Assembly (NCBI GenBank): GCA_004764695.1
Contig: SMSO01000034.1
Coordinates: 1,116,001 to 1,180,000, forward strand
Length of the DNA: 64,000 nucleotides
DNA from: Schizochytrium sp. TIO01
Lineage: Eukaryota; Protista; Bigyra: Labyrinthulomycetes
Direction of reading: 5' to 3'
Below are positions 22,541 to 33,800 of the stretch, one piece after another (position 1 is the first letter of the stretch; each line of letters begins with the position of its first letter). The notes under the pieces were generated by a model that saw only the letters and a list, made by a program, of their open reading frames with translations, was not told the origin of the DNA and did no database searches. Both the position numbers and the translations under genes were made by a program.

Positions 22541-25112
22541 TGTTCGAAATGGAGATCAGCCTTTGAAGACACTTAAGGAACGCCATCCCACGCTAAAGGC
22601 GCTGGGATCGCGGGGTCAGGCGGAGTGATCGGGAGTGGGTTTGCGCTACAATATAATGGCCTTTACTACACTCAAGTCTGGCGCCTTCTCAAAGGCGCTA
22701 AAATGTTGAACCATATGTGGTAGATTTCATAAGGCAGGTATGACCAAGGAAAAGCAGCATTTCAGTCAGCGAAACACGATCAGCCTGATTACTTGTCTGA
22801 AGCATCCCTCGCCGCGACTATCCGCTTCGTTTATGATGTATTCTTGATAAAGACGGGCATGCAAAGGATAAACGAGATAGTGCAACAGCAAACGTATACA
22901 TTGGAGACTGGCTAAAGTAGGCTACCAGCCCTCATCGAAAATGGGAATACATATTCCTTTGAGATTTCTTATAGAAAAGACCCTCCTCCTTATTTCACAA
23001 AGTCATTGAGTGCTCATCAAACCAACATCGAAGCTATTCTATACGGTATGCTTTGATCCTCTTCCAGGCCCTCGTTAATCATGACTCTAGTGGGGTCATT
23101 TCTCGCAAATCATTTTGATGTATTACAATTTGAAACGTGTTACTGTATAAACCTCTCTTTATTTTTGGGGTGGGGGGTTAACTAGGCTTGCGTATAGGAA
23201 TATAGATCCTGGATCACAACTTTTAATCAGGGCTGGTATTTCCAGTAAGCCTGTTCTGAAAATCGTATTAACTCAATGTTCAATACCACTTTCCCTAGCT
23301 AGAAGTTCATCCTGCCAATCCTTTTGACTTGGCCAAAATCTAAGTAAAAACATCTTCTACGTACTCTCACTCATAAAATAAATAATTTAGGTTCTTGATC
23401 TCGCCACACGTGACTGCAATCGCAGCCTTCTGGTTCGCCATGGCTTGAGAATGAACTTATTCCTGTACATCACGCGCGCCTTTGCACTAATAACTAGGCC
23501 ATCAGCCAATCGTCTTCTCTGTCCCTTTCACTTGCTTAAAACAATCGCTGATCTAGGTGCACTCTTTATTCAGAGGCTGGTCCTATCGATCAATTCTTTC
23601 TAATAGATTAAACTCAAAGCCACAATCATGAGCCTTATTCTTCACGTTCTCGCGCCCTGCAAGGACCCACCCAGATACAGATATACTTTCTCAGCAGTCC
23701 TCATTGAATCCTCAGCCAGATCATTATATTGACCTGAGTGAGCTGCTTTAAACCTACTATCCGAACCAGTAGAAGATGCTAGAACCCAAGTGTCCTGCAC
23801 GTCGTGTGCGCTTTTTATTACTAATGTCATGAAAACTAATAAAAAAATGAAAATGAAAATGAAAATGAAAATAAAAATAAAAGTCACAGTCATGATGAGC
23901 TACTTTCAGCTGTTTACGCTCTTCCATAAATCAAAATGGGTGATGTGCTCACGTAGAGCTTTCGGGGCAGGGTCGCTAGGATCCCTTCGCGCCCATGTTC
24001 TCGCTCGCAGCTCCTGCGCTGCTCTCGACCCTGCGTCCATGCTTCCTGGACCCTGGCGTGCGGCGTAAACGACGAACTTGAAAGTTTGCAAGCAAGAAGT
24101 AGCATGCGAGTTGTTAGAAATGCAAGCTTGTAGACTATGCTTCACAAACAAATGCTGCCGCAGTAGTAGATAGATAGATGGATAGAATAACAGATTGGAC
24201 AGACACGTTCACCCTCATTCAACTGCTTTCGGCCGTCAATCGTGGACTTCGATCGAGAGATCGATCATAGACCAGCCACAGAAAGTAGAAGGTATGGGGG
24301 TGCACTTCAGAAACATCCCTCGCTTCGTCTCCCTCTGCTTTAATCTTTTAATTAAAGGGAGTTTTCTGTGAAATTATAAACTAAAGTAACTTTTTGTTTC
24401 GGTTGTTCTCTTTTCTTCTTTCTTCGATCCTTGAGAACCAAAGCAGGAGCGACCAAAAAGAAGGCCAGCCTTCGTAGCGGCGCCTAGGCAGGCAGTAGCA
24501 GTCCTGGCCCGACTAGAAGCGATCCAAGCGGTCGATAAATTGATAGGGATTGTCAATAGATTGATTGAGAAACCCTTTTAATTCTTACGGTGTGTGAAAA
24601 TCTTAGTGATAAAAAGAAAGAAAAGAACTTCAAGCACCGCACCAGAAATGCACGGCGCTGGTGCTTGAGCAGAGGGTAGGCCAATCAAGGCGCCTTTTGT
24701 GAAGCAGTACTGGTCTCGTATCTTGACTGCCATTGGGCATATCTGGGTTGTTCATTCTTTGGGGTCAACCATAATTTTCATCTTCATGACAATCTATTTC
24801 CGACTAACTTTGGATTTATAATTTAATAAAAAAAATTCAAAAGTAAAGAAGTTTAGAAAAAATATAACTAAGAATGTACTAAGGTTACTCGTAGTACTTC
24901 CTCTAAGTTCATTCGGAATGTCAATCAAACAACGAGCAAGGAGCAAGCCCTCGATTAATTGCGTTCATCGCAACATACCATTGCGCGTTCGCTCGCCCAC
25001 CTCCTCGCTCGCTCAATTTGAGTCACTCAGTTCGAGTGTCTCATTGTCGATCACGCTCCAGTCACGCAGTATTGAACCCTTCGTGTACCCACGCTAGATC
25101 CACGAGGGCGCC

Positions 25113-28100
25113 ATGCTGCGCGCGGAGGCCGCTGCTCTTGAGGCAGATCGCAACTCTGAGGCAGAGGCAGCGCAACGTTGGCAGCATGAACATCAACTTG
25201 GACAAGATATTAGAGATGAATTTGGAGCACAACAAGAACAAGTCTTGCAACAAAAGCAGCTGCGCCAACAAAAGCAACAAGAGAAGCAAGAGCAATTGCA
25301 TGAAGACTTGGATCTTCATCAAAAACGAGTGCAACAAATACAGCAAGACCACCAGTCTGAACAAGAAAAACTCCATGAAAAACAAAATATTCAAGATATA
25401 CATGTTCAAGTTCATGACCAAAAGCAAGAATTGCAACGTGAACAATTGAATAAACACCAAGATCTTCATCAGAAACAAGACGATGTTGTTATCGTTGGGC
25501 AGACGCAACCTTTTCGGAAAGACACAGACGGTGCAGAACTAGTTCAGGATGACTCTGATGACGAAGAAGATGACAAAAGGAATGTAGATGATGATGACGA
25601 AGATGACAACGAACACGAGGAGGATGGGGATGAGGATGAGGATGAAGATACTGAAGCGGAAGGAACCTACATGCGACCTGGGGCGACTTTAGCCTCTGCG
25701 ACAGGGGTATCTAAGACAACACACTTTGTCAAGGGAAAACAGGCCAAGCAGCACGCGCAGTGGCATCCTCAGGTACATCAAAATCAGCAAGTCCAACAAT
25801 ACCAGGATAGCGATGCAGGAAACCGGCACGCTAGGGCAAGATCAACGTTGCAAAGCCAGAAGCAGGTGAACTTTATGATAAATAAAAAGAAGCACAGCAC
25901 GTCACCAGCATCTGGATCAGCATCAATGGTCATTAGCCGTACGTCATCATTGCTTCAGCCAGACTCATCACATGATGATCTTACCGCACTTGCCAGAACT
26001 TCTACCCAGCAATCTGCCACTCAGACCAGAGATGTGGGCCAATCAAAATGGAAAGGCCGTGTACAGTGGCCACCTCCACCAATATCCACCACTGTACAGC
26101 GCACACGCAGTCTCTCTCGGAAAACATCACCGCCTCCCCAGCGCTCTGTGAGCTCAGACACCTATCCATCTTTAGAATCACCGAGCAAGCCACATGACTC
26201 GCCTTTTGACCCAAAAGACAAGACATTGGCTTTGTTCAAAAAAGGCTTTCGTCGCACCAAAACTGCCTCCTCGTGGGTCCCCAAGTCTCTTGCACCATCA
26301 TGCTACGGGTGCAAAACAAAGTTTTGGTGGCTCGCACCAAACTGGACAAAGCATCATTGTCGGATTGACGGAAATGTATATTGTAGTGCCTGCACGCAGC
26401 ACAGAATTTCTCTGGAACCTGGGGAAGAACCTGTCCGTGTTTGCAACTCTTGCTACTACAAAAAGCTCAAAGAAACTGGCATTGAGCGACAGGAAATGCC
26501 CAAGCACGTGAATACGGTGCTTGAGGAATCCTCGACATCGTGGATGCTTCCTGGAGAAGAGCTCGTAGGGAAATTCGAGCACATTTGGTTTGAGAATGAA
26601 CCTCATGGATCTGTGCTTCTCACTACGTTCCAACTGATCTTGTTTGATCCATCATCATCACTAAAAGCAGTGGCTCATATTCCGCTCATGAGCATCGAGC
26701 GTATCGAAATTTTGATTTACGACGCTTGCGAGGCCGGCGTCTTGAACATTCACTGCAAAAACTTTCGTTTTCTTCGACTTGTTGTATTTGGAATGGTTTC
26801 TGAACAACGGTTTGTGAAGTTTCATGAATTGGAGCACGCACTGGTTCGTCTAGCCTTTCCATCCGGGACATCATCCAAAGCGGAGACTTTTTCTTGCGTG
26901 CTGGATCATACCATTTTAAAAGGAATACCATCCGCTCCGGAACTCAACAACTTTTCTGGCTGTTGCTTAGACAACCATGTTAATGACCTTCAAGAACTAG
27001 AACGGCTTGTGAAGGATGTTCCTGGATGGCGAGTCTCCCGGGCAAACGAAAATTTCGAACTTTGTCCATCGTACCCACGTTTTCTTGCCGTACCTGCCAA
27101 AGTTAGTGATACGGAGTTAAAACTTGTGGCGGACTTTCGAATTCGCCGCCGCATTCCTATACTTTCGTGGATTGACCCTGTAATGAAGGTAGCGGTTTGT
27201 CGTTCGAGTCAACCCAAATCGGGCCCATGGTACAGACGCTCAATCGCAGATGAAAAGCTTATTCGTGAAGTTGCTCTTGCCAGCAAGTCTGGCCTGGTTA
27301 TTATTGATGCCCGACCCCCAGCAAATGCTAGTGCAAACCGAATCAAATCGGGCGGAGGTTTTGAGGATGTCATTAACTACAATAGTCACACAGGCCAGGC
27401 TCCTGTCTCAATCGAATTCATGAACTTGGAAAATACAAACGTCGTGCGGGCGAGTATGAATAAGCTCAAGCAGATAGTGGGAACCCGTCTTAAACGCGAA
27501 AGGAAATTTGTCCTCGGCGCGAATGGGAAATATGTCATGTCAGATGCTGATACACATCCTGGGGCACTTTCTCTTGATGACGAAGACGGCATTGAATTTG
27601 AAATTAGCTGGCTCACCAAGCTCGCTGAGACACGTTGGATACACCTTCTTGCATACATAATCAAGGCTACATGTCGTGTCATTCAAATTATCAAGGAAGA
27701 AAAAAAATGTGTGTTGGTGCATTGCTCTGACGGTTGGGACCGCACTGCGCAGGTAGTATCTCTCTCAATCTTGTGTATGGATAGCTACTATCGTACAGTA
27801 AAGGGCTTCATTGCGCTCTTGGAAAAGGAGTGGTTTTCGGTTGGTCATGCCATTCGCACCCGCAGTGCAACAGGGGCACCTCCCGGAGCAAAATCATCTC
27901 GCGAAGTGATCACGCACTCATCATCCCATGTCGCTCCTGTTTTGGTGCAATTCATGGATTGTGTTTGGCAACTTACCCAACAGTTTCCGAAAAGCTTTGA
28001 GTTTAATGGGAAATTACTCGTCACTGTCCTGGATCGTGTATACTCTGCTCAGTTCGGCAATTTCCTTGCAAACTCTCGTAAAGAAGTTCTTGATGACAAC

Positions 28101-28673
28101 TTACTCTTTACATCTCATTGTGCCTGGTCAGATATATCTCAGGATCCGACTCCATACATGAATTCTTTGTACGACGTTGCAACCTCCCCAGCAACGCTGC
28201 ATCCATCATTCAGTACAAAGCAACTGCAACTGTGGAGAGATTACTATCTTCGTTTCGACGAAAGTTGTCGCGATGAGGGTCTCCCTGCAAAAACTATCCC
28301 GATTGCGCCTTCAAATCGTGTGGGTCCTTGTGTTCAAACTAAGCATACAACACCAGACGAGCCACGCCCTAAACCACGTCATGCTTCCGTCGTTGAGCTT
28401 TATGTTGACAGCTCCATGTACAATGCCGATACAGACTCAGTAGGATTACGCTCAGATGTAGAAGGCGAGTTCCCCCTTGAGGAAGAGTCTGCGCGTTCCC
28501 CACTTGATCCAAGCTCTGCGACGAAGAGTTTGGAAAGTCTAAGGTCGACATCAATGTCAGAGGGGACTTCCGCACATGGATTGCATTCTCCCGGGCATGC
28601 ATCTACGGGGCCAGGCGAGTCGGACGAGAGGCCTGCTACCCCTCCTCAGCGTAGCTTATCAAATCTAGGCTGA
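25113..28673 (+). CDS. Myotubularin-family phosphoinositide 3-phosphatase with Q/H-rich N-terminus, N-terminal FYVE-like finger and PH-GRAM domain, 1186 aa
   Basis: Catalytic VLVHCSDGWDRTAQ at ~27711-27752, plus WRVSRANENFELCPSYP, RSSQP, IIDARP, YYRTVKGFIALLEKEW, QQFPKSFEFN and FGNFL. The FYVE-like C..C...KHHCR...C..C...RVC..C lies at ~26274-26453. GRAM-like LPGEEL...GSVLLTTFQLI follows. Confidence 0.95.
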   Translation: MLRAEAAALEADRNSEAEAAQRWQHEHQLGQDIRDEFGAQQEQVLQQKQLRQQKQQEKQEQLHEDLDLHQKRVQQIQQDHQSEQEKLHEKQNIQDIHVQVHDQKQELQREQLNKHQDLHQKQDDVVIVGQTQPFRKDTDGAELVQDDSDDEEDDKRNVDDDDEDDNEHEEDGDEDEDEDTEAEGTYMRPGATLASATGVSKTTHFVKGKQAKQHAQWHPQVHQNQQVQQYQDSDAGNRHARARSTLQSQKQVNFMINKKKHSTSPASGSASMVISRTSSLLQPDSSHDDLTALARTSTQQSATQTRDVGQSKWKGRVQWPPPPISTTVQRTRSLSRKTSPPPQRSVSSDTYPSLESPSKPHDSPFDPKDKTLALFKKGFRRTKTASSWVPKSLAPSCYGCKTKFWWLAPNWTKHHCRIDGNVYCSACTQHRISLEPGEEPVRVCNSCYYKKLKETGIERQEMPKHVNTVLEESSTSWMLPGEELVGKFEHIWFENEPHGSVLLTTFQLILFDPSSSLKAVAHIPLMSIERIEILIYDACEAGVLNIHCKNFRFLRLVVFGMVSEQRFVKFHELEHALVRLAFPSGTSSKAETFSCVLDHTILKGIPSAPELNNFSGCCLDNHVNDLQELERLVKDVPGWRVSRANENFELCPSYPRFLAVPAKVSDTELKLVADFRIRRRIPILSWIDPVMKVAVCRSSQPKSGPWYRRSIADEKLIREVALASKSGLVIIDARPPANASANRIKSGGGFEDVINYNSHTGQAPVSIEFMNLENTNVVRASMNKLKQIVGTRLKRERKFVLGANGKYVMSDADTHPGALSLDDEDGIEFEISWLTKLAETRWIHLLAYIIKATCRVIQIIKEEKKCVLVHCSDGWDRTAQVVSLSILCMDSYYRTVKGFIALLEKEWFSVGHAIRTRSATGAPPGAKSSREVITHSSSHVAPVLVQFMDCVWQLTQQFPKSFEFNGKLLVTVLDRVYSAQFGNFLANSRKEVLDDNLLFTSHCAWSDISQDPTPYMNSLYDVATSPATLHPSFSTKQLQLWRDYYLRFDESCRDEGLPAKTIPIAPSNRVGPCVQTKHTTPDEPRPKPRHASVVELYVDSSMYNADTDSVGLRSDVEGEFPLEEESARSPLDPSSATKSLESLRSTSMSEGTSAHGLHSPGHASTGPGESDERPATPPQRSLSNLG

Positions 28674-29534
28674 ACTTAATTTTGGTGAGTGGGCCGTTGT
28701 TTATTCTGGGATATCTCCCACGCAATTTGGTATGATTAGAACTTATGATTCAAACCTTTGAATGCTTATCCGGAATTTGTATATGTCAGTATCGTCGTTT
28801 TGACCGCTATAATTAAAAAGCATGTCTCTTGTGCTAATGACGACCATTGACAACTTCAGAAATTTCATTAAATGTAAATATTATTCCCCATATTTTCTCG
28901 GTGTTTGAAATTATGATATGCATAATGATGGTTCATGTGCCTGGGCTTAACAGCAACTGATGACATGCATGCTGGTCCTTCGATAGTTAGGCTACCAAAA
29001 TCAATTAACAGACGCCATGTTAAAAAATGCCATTGATAAAATGAGCCTACCAAAGAAGAACCCAATCTACCTTTAAAATTGTTAAAGGTTATGGAAGAAA
29101 CATGTTTGCAAATACTGACCTTAAGATTATCTTGAAACTGCCTTCGTTCAAAGGTGTAGAATATTAGGGTGTGTCCTCAAAACTTCTAGCAGAGAGATTC
29201 GGCTAGGTAGGATTGATTTTCCTTTTCCCTTTTTTTTTTTTTTAGTTATAAAGAAGTTTTGGCTGCAGCAACTAAATTTAAAATTAAAAAATTGAATAAT
29301 AATTATCTATTACCCTGGAACAAAGGAAACAATTGAAGAGCAGAAGTATTTGGTGAAGTATTAAGCTTCATCGCGTTGTGTCAAATCAAGACCTTACACA
29401 GTGCTAATGTACGAAGAGTATAATCGATTAGCCAGATGATTTTCTCGCTTAAAATGACAGAATTTTGAATGCCGAATGATAGTTAGGTAAATGTACTGAA
29501 GCAAAGGCAATACAGTGCATCACAGAGCAACGTT

Positions 29535-30884
29535 TTAGCACATGAGAACCTTGGGGTGATAACGCCATTTAAGCTTATTGGTTCGCGATGCTTTAATGTT
29601 ATCCTGAAACGACTTGACTCTTGCCTTGAAAATATTGACTAGTTCTGTAAACTCTGGTCCTAGGCGGGCTATATAAGCTTCAAACATATCTCGTGCGTGT
29701 TTATAAATGACGTCTTGGTTTTTCGAACAGACCTTGATTTTGTCCAGTGCCCACGCATGTTCGCCCACGAGGTGTTTCGGCGAGACCTTCACGTTTCCCT
29801 CTTCTTTGCACTTTTCATATATCATTGTATCCAAGGACCATCCGAAGCGTAGAGCAATAAGGACAAGGAACTCATCCAGGTGCTCAGTAGTTGCATACAA
29901 CGCATAGTCCCGCTTCAATTCAGTGATTGTGGCAGCCGTATCTTGTGTTGCACTCATCGTAACTGATGAACATGTCTCGCCACAGGGACTGGACGAGTTA
30001 GGTAAGCCCTTGACCCGCGCAAGAAACATTTTCAGAGTCTCATTGTGACGAGAAAGGTCATCGCTGCACAAATCCTTGCCGTCGCCTTTGGGCTTACGAT
30101 CCCCCTTTGTATAATCACATTCTCTATCAGGGTAATTGATGAAGTACTTTCGATTTTTTGCCCAGGTCATTTTAGAAACGTACTGACTCGTAGCCTCACG
30201 AAAAATTGTGACGATGGCATGGTTGGGTAAGCACTTTTCCATCCATTCGCCGCGTGTGGCATGTGCATAGTATATTTGAAACTTCTTCTGATCACATTCG
30301 GCCACTCCTTTTTTCGTTGGGCCTTCATGAAGACGATAATATTTCGTGGCGTTCATCAATGCAAGAGCAATACTTGTACCCCCTACTTTGTGGAGTTTGA
30401 GAAACACCAGGCTCTGAGGATTAAACTCTTTTCGAAACATTTTAAATTCCGGATTGTCAATGCCTCCAAGTTTGTCAGAGACTTGTTGGCGTAATAATCC
30501 TTCTTCAGCTGTCGTGAAAAGAGGTGGAAACTCAATGTCTGAAGGAGTTTCTGTCTGGTCAGTAAGGCCACTTTCAGTACCACTACTTTTGTCGCCGTCA
30601 AGATCAAGGGCAAGTCCGGCTGCTGAGTTAAGGCCATCTAATCTAGAAATGTATCTGTGCTTTGTGCTATATGCAAATTGGTCTGCTGACTGAGAGCTGC
30701 GAAATAGGTGTTTCTTGCTCTCGTGCTCTACAATATAAAACTTCATCTGAGACACATTATGATCAGACAGCCATGTAGATGCAGCCAAGAGAACCACGCT
30801 CAATGATGAGACAAAGCATGCTACGAAAATCCTGGCATTGAGTGACTTTAGACCAAACATTTTGCTATCCCTCAGTGTCCACAT
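29535..30884 (-). CDS. Galactose-3-O-sulfotransferase-like type II membrane sulfotransferase, 449 aa
   Basis: N-terminal TM anchor, 5'-PSB motif VFLKLHKVGGTS (cf. FLKTHKTASST), 3'-PB motif TIFREATSQYVS, and TEHLDEFLVLI...W (cf. EYFDESLVLL...W). Confidence 0.8.
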   Translation of the reverse strand: MWTLRDSKMFGLKSLNARIFVACFVSSLSVVLLAASTWLSDHNVSQMKFYIVEHESKKHLFRSSQSADQFAYSTKHRYISRLDGLNSAAGLALDLDGDKSSGTESGLTDQTETPSDIEFPPLFTTAEEGLLRQQVSDKLGGIDNPEFKMFRKEFNPQSLVFLKLHKVGGTSIALALMNATKYYRLHEGPTKKGVAECDQKKFQIYYAHATRGEWMEKCLPNHAIVTIFREATSQYVSKMTWAKNRKYFINYPDRECDYTKGDRKPKGDGKDLCSDDLSRHNETLKMFLARVKGLPNSSSPCGETCSSVTMSATQDTAATITELKRDYALYATTEHLDEFLVLIALRFGWSLDTMIYEKCKEEGNVKVSPKHLVGEHAWALDKIKVCSKNQDVIYKHARDMFEAYIARLGPEFTELVNIFKARVKSFQDNIKASRTNKLKWRYHPKVLMC

Positions 30885-33800
30885 GACAAAAGAGAATCAA
30901 GTACGTAAGGTGCTTGCTTTAAGTACTTGATCATACACTGCTCAGTGAGTTGTGGTTTTGCTTGCAGCTGGTCTGTTGTGCTCTATTTTTTTTATCGGCG
31001 AGTGTTGGAATATATATTGTTTTTTAGTGTTGACTCCTCTCTTTAATTCAGCTTCGGACCTACTTTCCTATTGTTGCTGCATCCAAGAGAATATCTAACT
31101 TTGTACCTAGCCTGACTATAAAAAGATACAAACAATTTGAAAGTTTTACGTGCACGTAATACGATCGCATTTGAACCTTCCGGTTACTGGGTGGGAGATT
31201 AGAATTAATGGTAAATCTAGGTGAGAACTACACAAAGATCAAACATTTGCATGTATATACTTGGGGGTATCCAAGGCTGCTGTTGGCCCCAACAACGTGT
31301 ATGCATGCGCCTTGCACGTCTTCGCTCTTATTTTTAATTCAAAAGTTTTTTAACACGTGGGTACGCACATTTCCAAAAGCAAGATATTAAAAAATGTCTC
31401 GCTTGAAATCAAGCTCTTAAAGTTCGAATAGCATTTGCACACTCGAACCCTGACCTATTTTTGGGCTCTCAGAGAACAGGTGCAGCCATCTTCACAACAT
31501 GCCACATAGAACATTGCCGTGTCTTCGTTTGCTCAACGCGTCGTCAACTGTTGATCTTGTTAGCTAAGCGAGCAACTCGAAGTTTTCTCTGCCAGTCCTT
31601 TTATTCAATTCATTAAAAATTACACAGGCCTACAAATTAACCTTTTATTCTAATGACTCTTACCTCGCTGAAGTGAGGATGTTGAGGTCTCCTGAATATC
31701 AAGCACACCTTTCGTTCTAACTCTCAGTCATGACTGCTCGCTAAAACCAGTGTCAGAACATAGGCTCGAGCCTACGCAAAACTATAGCTTTAAGAGACGA
31801 GTGAAGTGCAAATGAGTGATTCCAACTACTCCTGTGGCTGCCAATGGTTCCGGTGGGAGGTGGAATTGGGCATTGTCTTCTGCTGCAATGGCTCGAAAGT
31901 TCTCAACATGCCACCTCTGTCGACGGCATGATGCAATAAAAATAATAGTGCACTGCTGGAGCAATCAAATTATAGCACTCGAGCGCAATTATAACGTTTG
32001 AAGGCCCGTTCGCAAGAAGAACGACTGTGATTATCTCTATGGAGCGTAGTAATGTATCCTGCTAACCTACCTAGGTAGGTGCGTACTCGCTCCGACTCAG
32101 GTTCTCCTTGCCTTTTCTATAAATAATGAAAAGAAAAGGTATTTGTTTCAATCACCTAAGTTCCAAAACATTAAAGATCAAGCTTTGCACTTCACAAATG
32201 CATACCAGCCAACCAGGCATCCCTTTCAGGCGTTTGTAATTTGTCGGGCTTCTAAAGCGATTGCAGACTTTGATCACAGAGCCCCACTGTAGACCGGTCG
32301 GAATCGAATCGCGCGTACATGCATTAATTTTAAAAGGAAAAAAAAATGGTAGGCGGAAAGTTGAAAAGGAACTTTCCCTGACCGCTACACACCCGAATTA
32401 CTGCTAAAAGAGCCCAGGATGAGCTTAGTTCTACTTTAAAATTAAGATTATCAATGCTCCATAGATTTTAAAGCTGCGGTGCTTACTCCTTATTGATACT
32501 GCTATGCTCGATTCTAGTCTAGACTTCCACATAGAACAAACAACTTTTGCTAGATGCCAGACATCAGTATCTCTCCTTCGCGATCAACGCAGTTTCAGCG
32601 AATACAAATTCGCACGACTAAAGAAAGCAACTCGAGGCTCCCTCTTCGAAGGTAATCTCCAATGATTGTAATCATCTCTGCTACTTGTTAATTTCCCTTC
32701 TAGCGGGAACGAAGCACCGACTTTTGTTAATATATTGTAGGTAGAGAAGTTCAACATGAACCCAGTATAATTATTGCTTTGAACATGAAGAGTTTGAAAC
32801 GTGCACGAAGGACCTTCAAGTTGATTGCAGGACTTATTAATTTAAGGAAACATTGCTTGAGGTGGCAGGGATAACAGCTTGATGGGTACGTATATAAGAT
32901 CAAAGAATGCGTCTTCCTGGAACGTAGCAACTACCTGAGTACCGGCTAGTATTAATTACTTTTTTATTCTTCTGAGGAAACAGTGCGTACCCTTCAAGCC
33001 AAAAGATCCATGAAATATAGCTCTGAGTATCCCAAAGACTTTTGGACTTCAATTTCTGACTAAATCTTCAAATGCTGCTGTTATAATTCACATTGGAGTC
33101 GTTGAATCTATTGGTTTACAGTCATTTTCCGTAGAATGAGTTGGTCTAGCACGATACATCATTTTTATAAAATTAAATAATTGTAATTAATTATAAAACC
33201 CTTTTTTTTTAAATGTGAAATATCATAACTTTGCGAGTTCAATGGTTACCTCAAGTTGATGTTCAGCCTGCTAGTAGTTCCTGTTTAGTGTCCCGCCAAA
33301 TGCAAGAAATCGCGGCACATGATGCATATGACGTGTGGCTCTCAGAATTAAGGATAGTTTACTCTTGTTGATGTTGTTGCTTATGTTAGTTTTGGTATGA
33401 TTGAAGGCTAATCAAGTTCTAGTCAAACTACCAATAGGTCTATTAAAGTGGAATATGTTTTTTCTCAATTTTGTTTCTTAATTTTTTGAATTAGATATGC
33501 ACAAGATGTACATCGAAACCAGCATGCTCCTGCATGCACGGCCTGGAACTGTTGGCAATTTCAATTTTGCTTTAAAGAACTAAATGAAAGCCCGACTTGT
33601 AATCGCCAACTTTTCTGCACTTTTACTAATCCGGCGTGCTCAATCATGCCGTGGTGTTGTTTTACCCGCAAATTCAACCATTGTATTTTTTGTTGGCTTT
33701 TGTAATTAAAGTTATCTATATGTCCAGTGATCAGGAGTGATTGATCATATCATACTTTCAAAACCGACTTATCTCTTCAAAGGAAGGCACTGGCTAGATA

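Noticed and set aside
31430-31510. tRNA-like B-box (ggttcgag on the minus strand)
   Set aside because: I could not fold a cloverleaf or acceptor stem, and the A-box is poor.
31782-31964. RQRWHVENF resembling a DDE transposase RWxIE motif
   Set aside because: Single motif in a 60-aa ORF, with no other catalytic residues or terminal repeats seen.
33540-33620. KARLV peptide resembling copia RT
   Set aside because: Isolated short match with no convincing colinear motifs.
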